Virus record (IMG/VR): IMGVR_UViG_3300028410_000746
Reading direction: 5' to 3' (one strand)
Source: a virus
Lineage: Duplodnaviria; Caudoviricetes
Length of the DNA: 64,000 nt
How positions within the stretch are numbered: the first letter of the stretch is position 1; every line of letters starts with the position of its first letter. Positions 43,667 to 54,100 of the stretch are shown here, piece by piece. The translations under genes and the position numbers were made by a program. The notes under the pieces were generated by a model. That model was not told the origin of the DNA and searched no databases. It worked only from the letters and a program-made list of their open reading frames with translations.

Positions 43667-44743
43667 TCAGGCCCCCGACAGGTATCGCACGATTCGCATG
43701 GTCAACAGCTCACGAGCAAACTTACTCAGCTCCTGTCTGTGCTCCTCGGAGTCCTCAGACGAGTGCAGGAACCCGATCGGAACTCGCGCGCCTCCTGAGC
43801 CCTGTTTGCCCCCAGCATGACGCTCTCCGAAGACCTTCTGGCAGAACGTGTGGACGTTGACCGACGAGTTGGAGCTTCTGACCGAGGCCTGGATGTCCGG
43901 GCCGATCATGGCAAAGACCACCACGGTCTCGACGCCCTCCATACGCAGGAACTCATCCGCCATCATGGGGAGGGCATCACGCCTCTTCTCGGTCAGGCGT
44001 CCCAGGTAGGAGATCAGAGCCGAGGCCTCGACGACCATGTTCTCGGCGGCACGGCTACGCAACTCAAAGAGGTACGGCGGCAGGGGGTAGAGGACGATCT
44101 CCTGGTAACGCTTCTTGTCAATGTACGGGATGAGCGCGGCGTGCGCGGCGAGGTCCAGCTTGCAGGTGTTGTCCGAGAGCAGGCCATGCGTGTCATTGAC
44201 GATGCCGAAGAACAACGCCGTGGCCACGACCTGCGCACGCTCACTGTCAAAACCAATGTCACATGCTCGCAGGTAGTCCCAGACAATTGAAGAACAGGCT
44301 CCCACGGATCGAATATCGGTGTGAGGTAGGTCCAGATCGAACTGGTGGTGGTCGATCACAGCGTCCCACTTCTCCACCAGCTTCTCGAACTCCCCGGTGT
44401 TCTGAGGCGTAGCATCCACCACGAGGTGGTAGGAGTACAGCTCCGGAGCGTACGCGGTGACGTGTGAGAGCCTCATGTCGAGGACGTTGACTTCAGTGCG
44501 GTTCTGAGGGTGGCTCACCTCGCCCGCGTAACACAGGTCACTGGGGACGCCGCACATGCGCTCCAACAGGAACTGAATTCCCAGGGCACACCCCAGCGCA
44601 TCTGGATCAGGCGTGTGTTGCATAACGATACACACCCGTGGAGTCTCCACCCCCTCCACCGCCTCGCGCACGCGCGCCAGGAACTGGAAGACGGAGTGCT
44701 CCGACGTCTCGTCTTCAACGGGAGTTACAGGCTCGCTCTTCAT
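43667..44743 (-). CDS. DHH-DHHA1 phosphoesterase (NrnA/oligonucleotide phosphodiesterase-like)
   Basis: HTPDPDALG, VVD, IDHH, GIVNDT, ASVRS, GGKQGSGG. Confidence 0.9.
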   Translation of the reverse strand: MKSEPVTPVEDETSEHSVFQFLARVREAVEGVETPRVCIVMQHTPDPDALGCALGIQFLLERMCGVPSDLCYAGEVSHPQNRTEVNVLDMRLSHVTAYAPELYSYHLVVDATPQNTGEFEKLVEKWDAVIDHHQFDLDLPHTDIRSVGACSSIVWDYLRACDIGFDSERAQVVATALFFGIVNDTHGLLSDNTCKLDLAAHAALIPYIDKKRYQEIVLYPLPPYLFELRSRAAENMVVEASALISYLGRLTEKRRDALPMMADEFLRMEGVETVVVFAMIGPDIQASVRSSNSSVNVHTFCQKVFGERHAGGKQGSGGARVPIGFLHSSEDSEEHRQELSKFARELLTMRIVRYLSGA

Positions 44744-44753
44744 GGGTCCCCCT

Positions 44754-45041
44754 TCAAGACCGGTCGCGTCCGAGTCCTCGAAAGGCTCCCAGACTGCTGA
44801 TCGTCTTACGCTTCGGACGGTTGGGTGCCGGAGTCTTCACGTCGGGAGACGACAGAGAGACGCCAAACTGGTCAAGATACTCCACGACCAGATTCCGCTT
44901 CAAGCGGTGACGCATGGCCTTCTTTAGAGAAAGCTGACTCTCATCCAGAAGGCGCAACGTCAACAGCTCATCAACCAGACCTCCCAGTCCCATGCCTGAG
45001 AGCCGGGTCTCGTACTCCTCTTGCGTCTCGTCATCCGTCAT
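44754..45041 (-). CDS. Hypothetical protein
   Basis: ATGA-coupled. Confidence 0.7.
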   Translation of the reverse strand: MTDDETQEEYETRLSGMGLGGLVDELLTLRLLDESQLSLKKAMRHRLKRNLVVEYLDQFGVSLSSPDVKTPAPNRPKRKTISSLGAFRGLGRDRS

Positions 45042-45388
45042 TCGTCATCTCCGTCCAAGTCCTCGTCATAGGACGCCACGTCTCCCTCAACCTCTCCCTG
45101 CCCACGAACCGGGAGAGCCTCGATGTACGCACCCAGGCGGCCAAACAGATGGCCCGCTTCAAAGAGGTACTCGAAATAGGTCTCCGAGGCGGCCTCCTCG
45201 GCCTTGTGGACGTAGATGAGCACCTCCTCGGAGCCGACCCCCACCTTAATCTCGCGTAGAGAGACCAGAGCCTTGACGAAGCGGTGAGGGTTATCCGGAA
45301 TCACCTCAAAGCCAAGCTCCTCGATGAGTCCTTTGATAGCCAAGACGTCCGCCTTGTGCGTCAGTCGCCACTTGAAAATTGCAGCCAT
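45038..45388 (-). CDS. Hypothetical protein
   Basis: ATG with RBS. Confidence 0.7.
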   Translation of the reverse strand: MAAIFKWRLTHKADVLAIKGLIEELGFEVIPDNPHRFVKALVSLREIKVGVGSEEVLIYVHKAEEAASETYFEYLFEAGHLFGRLGAYIEALPVRGQGEVEGDVASYDEDLDGDDE

Positions 45389-45389
45389 T

Positions 45390-45728
45390 CTAGGACTCCT
45401 CCATATGAGTCAGCAAATCAGAGGGGGCGACGTAACGTCCCCCAAACGGAGCTTCTCCGTCGTACTGGTATACCGTACAACCGGTCACCTTGCGACTGTA
45501 CTGAAGGCGAAGCGCCTCGGCCTCAAGGTCGAGCCACCAAAAAGACCCGTCTGGATTTGAGAGCGTGCTCGACAGGTGACGCAGAGCTTCTACCCCGCTC
45601 TCCGAGCTGTCTGAGCCGGGAGGCGGAGTGTAGAGCAGGTTCAAAGGATCGCCGGAATCACGTATCAATCGGATGTATAGCATAAGTACCTCCATGCCCA
45701 ACGCCCCCACAAGAGGAACACCGAGCAT
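45390..45728 (-). CDS. Hypothetical protein
   Basis: ATG ORF; ends TAG. Confidence 0.6.
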   Translation of the reverse strand: MLGVPLVGALGMEVLMLYIRLIRDSGDPLNLLYTPPPGSDSSESGVEALRHLSSTLSNPDGSFWWLDLEAEALRLQYSRKVTGCTVYQYDGEAPFGGRYVAPSDLLTHMEES

Positions 45729-45744
45729 GAAGGTACTGCATCGC

Positions 45745-46092
45745 TTACGTCTCGTCCGTGGTCTCCGAGCGCTCCCGGATCTTCGAGCGATCCCTCAGGT
45801 GCTCCAGGGACTCCTTGAGCATTTCGTCTTCCTCCCTCCTACGCCACAGGGCCTCCACGAGCGCCTCGTCATCCGACCTCACGTACTTCAGAAGCTCCAT
45901 GAGTACCGCGTCACCCTCTCTCAGATGCCCCAGAGCCGCCCCAATCGCGACATCGCGCGCCACCATGTCCTCCAAGGCCGCCACAATCACCGCGTTGCGA
46001 TCCTCGTAGTCCTCGGAGGCGACCCTCTCATCCATCCTCTCCAAGGACCTCTGGTCCATCTCCACTTCAATCTCCACCATCTCTTCGCTCAT
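45745..46092 (-). CDS. Ribbon-helix-helix (CopG-like) protein with coiled coil
   Basis: VEIEVEMDQRSLERMDERV...RNAVIVAAL. Confidence 0.65.
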   Translation of the reverse strand: MSEEMVEIEVEMDQRSLERMDERVASEDYEDRNAVIVAALEDMVARDVAIGAALGHLREGDAVLMELLKYVRSDDEALVEALWRRREEDEMLKESLEHLRDRSKIRERSETTDET

Positions 46093-46154
46093 CTCGAACC
46101 TCCAATGTGTAAGGACGATCGAACGTACCTCAAGAGGGTGTTGGCCGTCAAGGG

Positions 46155-48305
46155 TTAATAGAGACAGGCGGCGGAGGGGTCCCGGCTGCACAGGTCCAGC
46201 ACGGTGGACACGGGCATGTAGACGTTGTTGAAGAAACGGAAGCCCGCGCCTACTTGAGACAGCGCTCCCAGACCCGTGACTACGGTGAAGCCCGTCTGCT
46301 CGACGAAGACCTCTCCGCTGACGCTGGTAAGAGAGTCGAAGCCTCCAAGCTCTCCCCGGATGCCGTAGCCTCCCACGATCCTTTGCAGGCGGAGGTGGAG
46401 TGAGCCGGTGATGGTCGTGAGGTTGTTCAGGCTGCTAAAGTCGTCCGTACCCATCCTGGACGCCAGGACCGCAGACCCGTTGATGCGCTCAAGGGCGTCG
46501 AAAGCGCATGTGCCGTTGTTGCACCACGTGAAGTCTGCAAGACCCAGCACCAAGCCGCCTACTACACGCACGCTCGACAGGGCGCTTGCGTCCGGAACGT
46601 TGGGCGGGAGGACCGTAGTGTTGAGAGAAGGGAAGAAGACCCCACCCTCCACGCGCTCCAGGTTCTCAAAGCCAGTCAGGGCTCGGATCGTCGTCTGAGC
46701 GTTCCGACCCGAGCCCCGGAAGTGTAGCGACCCGCCAATGTGCGTGAGGGGTAGCGCTGTGGGGTGGATGTAGTCCAAATCGAAGCGGGTCTGCTCGCAC
46801 GTTACCGGGTAGCCCTGGTAGTCGATGAACGTCTCCGTGAACGAGTTGCCCGTGCGAATATGGACGTCTCCGGAGACCGAGCAGTAGCTGGTAATGTCCA
46901 CCAGCGGAGCAAAGGAAGAGTGGCACGTGAAGTCCCCCTCTACCCAGACCGCCTCACCCGTTGGCGAAGACCAATCCGAGGAGTCCCTCACCGTGAGGAG
47001 GGTCACATCTCCCACGAACTGCTCACACAGGCGGGGTCGAGCGGCTACCTGCTGACACTGCGTCAAGCACACTGCCGGGCAGTCTTCCCAGTCCTCACAC
47101 TGAGGAGCGCTGGCGACGTTCGCTGCTCCTTCATCACACTGCTCCGAACCCTGTACGATTCCATCACCACAGGTCCCTCCTTGCTCGGACACGAAGCCCG
47201 AGCAGTCCTGCGCACACACCGTGCAGCTCCCGTTGTACGGAGCCGCACATCCCGAAGCATTCGCAACCCCGTTATCACACTGCTCCGAGCCCTCCAGGAT
47301 GCCATCTCCACACACTCCAAAGGGTCGACACGTCTGTCCATCTCCCACATACCCGCCATCGCAGGTGCAGGTGAAGCTGCCAAAGCTGTTCAGACACGTA
47401 GCGTTTGCCCCGCAAGGGTCGTTCAAGCACTCGTCCACGTCCAGGCAAACGTATCGCCCTTGCGCCTGAGTCGCGTCTCGGTTCTCACACACCGTACCCG
47501 ACTGGCAGGTATCCTCTCCAAAGACACACTCATCGCGATCGTAGCACACGAAGCGTACACCAAGAGGGCCCGTCGCGTCCTTGTTGGCACACAGCGCGCC
47601 CTCGACGCAGGCTCCCGGCTGGAGGCACTCATTCACGTCATCGCACGCGTACCCTCCATTCTCCTCCCGGCACGACTGACCAGGGCCGCATGGGTTACCC
47701 GAACACTCCGGCACGTCACGACACGTCTGACCGTCTCCCGTATATCCAGGGTCACACGCACACTCGAAGCTGCCCACCGTGTTGGTACACGTCGCGTTCG
47801 CCCCACAAGGATCGTCCACACACTCATCCGCGTCCACACAGCCGCCCCCCAGCTCCAGGTAGCCATCATCACACGTACACTGAGTACAACCGGGCCCCGC
47901 CTCACACTGCTCGGGACCGCCGAGGACACCATCGCCACACACGTTCCCCCGCACGGTCTCAAGCTGGCACGAGAGGCCGCAAAACTCACAGCTTGCGCCG
48001 TACGCCGGATCACACAGCTCCCCAACCCTCATGTCACACTCTTCACCCGCTTCCAGGACTCCATTGCCGCATACCGGATCAGACTCCACGTCGGGCTCCA
48101 CGTCGGGCTCTACATCCAACTCCGCGTCGGGGTCCTCCCCCAGGTCAGGCTCGTCTGCATCAGGCTCGTCTCCCAGATCAGGGCCTGCGTCCGCAGAAAC
48201 CTCCGAACCGTCGCGAAGATCCGGAGGGGTGTCCGAACGGATACAACCCGTGAAGGTCATGAAAGCCACGAGGAGCGCGGCGAGGTGAATTCCGAAGCGG
48301 TACAT
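46155..48305 (-). CDS. Lipoprotein with myxobacterial-type Cys-rich repeats, Ca-binding EGF modules and a receptor-L-like domain
   Basis: Lipobox FMTFTGC; four CG(N/D)G...E.C repeats; DECVDDPCGANATCTNTVGSFECAC; LTGFENLERVEG repeats. Confidence 0.88.
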   Translation of the reverse strand: MYRFGIHLAALLVAFMTFTGCIRSDTPPDLRDGSEVSADAGPDLGDEPDADEPDLGEDPDAELDVEPDVEPDVESDPVCGNGVLEAGEECDMRVGELCDPAYGASCEFCGLSCQLETVRGNVCGDGVLGGPEQCEAGPGCTQCTCDDGYLELGGGCVDADECVDDPCGANATCTNTVGSFECACDPGYTGDGQTCRDVPECSGNPCGPGQSCREENGGYACDDVNECLQPGACVEGALCANKDATGPLGVRFVCYDRDECVFGEDTCQSGTVCENRDATQAQGRYVCLDVDECLNDPCGANATCLNSFGSFTCTCDGGYVGDGQTCRPFGVCGDGILEGSEQCDNGVANASGCAAPYNGSCTVCAQDCSGFVSEQGGTCGDGIVQGSEQCDEGAANVASAPQCEDWEDCPAVCLTQCQQVAARPRLCEQFVGDVTLLTVRDSSDWSSPTGEAVWVEGDFTCHSSFAPLVDITSYCSVSGDVHIRTGNSFTETFIDYQGYPVTCEQTRFDLDYIHPTALPLTHIGGSLHFRGSGRNAQTTIRALTGFENLERVEGGVFFPSLNTTVLPPNVPDASALSSVRVVGGLVLGLADFTWCNNGTCAFDALERINGSAVLASRMGTDDFSSLNNLTTITGSLHLRLQRIVGGYGIRGELGGFDSLTSVSGEVFVEQTGFTVVTGLGALSQVGAGFRFFNNVYMPVSTVLDLCSRDPSAACLY

Positions 48306-48365
48306 ATGCTCTCCGTGGGGTTCAGGGTCCTTGACAAGAGAGGGCTCGCGCCTTCTCTCACCTCC

Positions 48366-48394
48366 CGTGTACCACAAGGAGAACACTCCGTAGA
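48366..48394 (-). promoter_or_regulatory. Sigma70-type promoter
   Basis: TCTACG-N17(TGTGG)-TACACG. Confidence 0.55.
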
Positions 48395-48540
48395 AAAAAT
48401 CCCCCATTTTACGACCCCACAACCGCCAATGCAAGATCTTGAGCGCGCGTATGACGACCAATAAGACCTCTTGACAGGTAGACACAACAAGGCCCCTCAC
48501 CACGAATGCGATGAGAGGCCTTGAAGGAAGAAAACCGTGC

Positions 48541-50175
<1,635 letters not shown>

Positions 50176-50270
50176 CTACCTCTACTTCTCGTTAGATCAC
50201 CCTCGCAATGCGAGGGGCTGGACGGGGCCCGTACAGACCCCATGAAATCTAAGTCACTGCGACCCGAACG

Positions 50271-50540
50271 TCAACGATCAGGAGCCAATCGACAACACAC
50301 CGAGTGTTCACGCAGCACATACTCTCGCTCGTCTTTCAGCGTCGTCACGAGGTACTCGACCCGGTAACCATCAGTTACCCTGCGGCGTACACGCGTCTCC
50401 ACGTGATCCTCCTCGCCTTCCGGCAAGAACTGGAGGAGGTCCCCCTCCTGGAGGAGGTCAGAATGAAGCATGAGGTGTGTGCTCTTTCCCCGGAGCACCC
50501 AGATGAGTCTACCCCAGCCGTCGGAGGTTGCCGTGGTCAT
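50271..50540 (-). CDS. Hypothetical protein
   Basis: ATG ORF. Confidence 0.6.
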   Translation of the reverse strand: MTTATSDGWGRLIWVLRGKSTHLMLHSDLLQEGDLLQFLPEGEEDHVETRVRRRVTDGYRVEYLVTTLKDEREYVLREHSVCCRLAPDR

Positions 50541-50642
50541 GTCGTGCCTTTCAGAACAGATAGAAGGGGCGTTCCCCTTGTGGGGGAGGGCGAAGATCGC
50601 AGGTCAAACACAGTAATGAATAAGCGAAACCTTGACACAGCC

Positions 50643-51029
50643 TCAAGCCTCCGTCAAGCCCTGAACAAAGACCCACGGCCTCCCGTAGCTCTCCCGCTCA
50701 TACCAGCCCGGCACGAACGAGGTCGTATTGAAGATGATCTGCACCACGTGCTCCAGGTCTCGATGCGTCTTCTCAATGTGTGCACGGACCTCCATCGTCT
50801 CGAAGCCGCACAGGCTGTCATCCCAGTCGTCGCCATCTACCGCATCCCAGCCAAGGTGCGGCACCCCCAACGTGTCTGCAATCTCCCACAGGATGTCCAG
50901 ATGACCCGAGTTGCCGTAAGGCCTCTTGGGGTCGATTCCCGGAGCACCGTACTCCACGTTAACCCAATCCACGTAGCAGATCTTGAGGAGCTTGAAATGA
51001 TCTTCTCGAACTTCAAACCTTGTAACCAT
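50643..51029 (-). CDS. Conserved-type phage hypothetical protein
   Basis: EDHFKLL...APGIDPKRPYGNS...EIADTLG. Confidence 0.75.
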   Translation of the reverse strand: MVTRFEVREDHFKLLKICYVDWVNVEYGAPGIDPKRPYGNSGHLDILWEIADTLGVPHLGWDAVDGDDWDDSLCGFETMEVRAHIEKTHRDLEHVVQIIFNTTSFVPGWYERESYGRPWVFVQGLTEA

Positions 51030-51099
51030 GAGAGCCTCCAAAGGGTATTCGTTGCCGCCTACGTCATAGCACACTTGACAGCTTCGCGTCAACAAAAAA

Positions 51100-51130
51100 G
51101 CCCCCTACCTGCCGTTAGGAGGTAGGGGGC
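51100..51130 (-). terminator. Intrinsic terminator after the tail sheath gene
   Basis: 11-bp stem GCCCCCTACCT/AGGTAGGGGGC followed shortly by T6 on the minus strand. Confidence 0.85.
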
Positions 51131-51155
51131 TTGAGATCAGACCTTTGGGAGCCGA

Positions 51156-54100
51156 TCAGATGAGGCCCTGAGCCGTGATCGTGAAGGAGACCTGGATGTA
51201 CTTGAGCGGGAAGACCGGCGAGTAGAACGCCACCACGCGCAACGACGTGGGGTCGTCAGCGTCGGGGATGGCCGACACGCCCGTGAAGGCCACGATGATG
51301 TTCTGGTCCACGAGAGCGTTCAAGAGGCCCGAGAGGGCTGCCTCGACGTCCTGGGGACGCTGAATGAGGAACTTCGTGCCGATGAACCGGTCCAGGGTCG
51401 CACGCGTCTGCTGCTGTACGAAGTCCTGAATTGCCACGATGGACGGGATACGCGTGAACACGCTCGCCGGGTTGGTCGTGAAGCCGTCACGAACCTGGAG
51501 GCTGGTGCCAGCGTCTTCGAGAACCGTCACACCATCCACCGCGAGGGCGTCCTTGGCGATCGGGTCCAGCGAACGGTTGAGGCGGGTGAACCCGACGATC
51601 GTACGGCGCGTGAGAGGCTGTGCAACGTCGAACTGGGGGTTGACGAGGACACCCGCAAGCGCGGCCGCCAGATACGTACCGTCCACGATCGTCTGGTTGG
51701 TACCACCCTCCCTGTCCGGCAAGCCCACGATGGCGCTGTCCGGGTAGAGAAGAATCGCACGTGCCGAGTTGAGCCCACGCGCGATGGCGCGAGCGTCCTC
51801 GGGACGCGTACCAGAAGCCACACCAAACACGCAGCGACGCTCCTGCTTGAAGCGAATGCCCGACTGGACCTCCGCATCCTCCGTGTACGCTCCCATCACC
51901 GTCGGATCGGTCGTGAGAGGTACCAGGATGTCCGGAGTCGCGCCGCCTGCGAGAGGCTGACGCAGCTCCAGGAGAGCGTCAAGGTAAGACGACGAAGACG
52001 CCTGACCCAGACCCGGAGCCCTCAGAACCTGCTTCGTACCCACGAGGACGGCCCCGTTGAGGATGGCGAAGTATGCCGCGAGGGTGAGGGGGTTCTCCGA
52101 AGAGAGGTCCCCGTACTCGGCCTGAATTTCCGCGAACGACGAGAACAGCTTGGTGCTGTAGTCCGTCTTACCGTAGGTGTAGGTGATGTAGTAGTAATCA
52201 CCGTTACCGGGCTCGCGGCCCGCCGAGTTGAAGGTCGTGACCGTGGCCGTGTCTCCCACGCCCACGTCCTGAGTCGAGGTTACGACAAGCTCAATGCCTC
52301 CCGCCGCCTTGACCACGCGAGATGCCGACGTCTCGAAGACCTCCGACACCACCAGGGTGAAGCTCTCGCCCACGGGGTAATCCCCTGCGAGGTCGGAGAG
52401 CAGCGTGAAGGTGAGACCCGTACGTGCATCCACGTAGGTCTGTCCCGCACGGCCTTCGCCAGCCGACCCAGTTGCGGAGTTGGACGACACGGTGAACGTA
52501 TCACCCGAAGCCACACCCGAAGCCGAATCGCCAGACACCCAGCCGATGCCCGTGTCGTTGAGAACGCTCGTCGCCCCGTCTCCGATCGTGATCGAAGTCG
52601 TGGCTCCCGTGGAGAAGGTCTCCAGACGGATGTACGAGCCCTCGCCCTGGATGTCCAGGACGCGCGCGAACGCCGTACCGATGAACTCCGTGCCCACAGC
52701 CGGGACGTACCAATCAGCCGCCGTAGCGTTGAGTACCGCGACGATATCACCCGCCGAGACACGACGCTGCGCCGCTGCGTCACCTACCGAGAGGCCCACG
52801 AACTGGTTCGCGGTACCCGCTCCCACCAGAATCGACGAGTTGTTGTCCTCAGAAGCGGACGTCAGGCGAAGCGCGCCGCCCTCATCCACGACAGTACCCG
52901 CCGCGCCGATCTCAGTGTCGATGATCGTGGCAATGTCCGCCACCGAAGCGACGCCACCAAAGCCAGTTGCCGTGTACTCCACCCCGTCCACCGAGACGAT
53001 GAACGTCGCGCCTGCCGTGGCCGCGAGCTGGATGATATCGTTCCCTGCGATCGACGATCCCAGGAGGGTTGCGCTCTTGTTGACCGCCCCCTCCGTGCCG
53101 TTGACCACCGAGAAGTCCGAGAAGCCCAGCGTCGCGTTGGCGTTGCCGTCCAGGATACGAACCCTGGACACGTCACCGGGACCTGCCGGGGTCGTACGCG
53201 AGCGGAGAAGGATTCGATCCGAATCCACACCACCATCACGACCCAGCGCCACGAACACGTTATCCGCAGACGACGCGTCAACGAAGCCCAAGGTCGCGTT
53301 GGCGTCCCCAGCTCCGATCACGAGCGTCCCGGAAGCCTCAAGCACGACAGCTCCGCCCACGTCCGAAACGTTGACGTCGTTTCCTACCGTAGCGACGTCA
53401 CCTACGGTGAGACCTGCCAGACCGAGCGCCGTACCAATGTCTGATACGACATCGGCTGCGGTCTGTGCCGCGCCCGCCGTAAGCGTCACGCTAACGACCG
53501 TTCCGTTGACCGTGAGGTCGAAGGTGTCGTTGGTCGCCAGGACGATGTTGTAAGGCTCTGCGACCGAACCCGTAAACGTGGCCGTCGTCGGAGCTGCCCG
53601 AACGATGGCGTCCACCACCTCAGCGAGAGTCACCGCAGCGCCCAAGGGGAGCGTCGCCGTGTAGGCTACGCCGTCCAGCTCGTACTCGAAGACATCGTTG
53701 GTCGCTGCCACGATCTCAAAGGTCGCTGCGTCTCCGAGCGCCTCCGACACCATGACCGCGAATGCGGGTGCGTTGAGGCCCACGACGAGATCGTCGCCGC
53801 TGACGTTGACGTACAGCGTATCAGACTGAGCCGCGTAGATGTCGTACAGCTCGGGCGAGCTGTTCGTGAGAACCGCCGACTCCGCCGCCGAATCCGTGAA
53901 CAGAACCGTCACAGTCTCGTTGACACCGCTGGTCCCCGAGAGGAACGCATCCGGGTTGGTCTCGGAGCCCGACGGGAAGTTGGCCGTGAAGGCCGCCGAG
54001 GACTTCGTACCGAACTCGACACCGCGAAGGATCGAACCAAGGCTGGAGCTACGCACGGTGTACTGACCCGCCGTCGAAGGAGTCGACTGCGTGTTGACCT

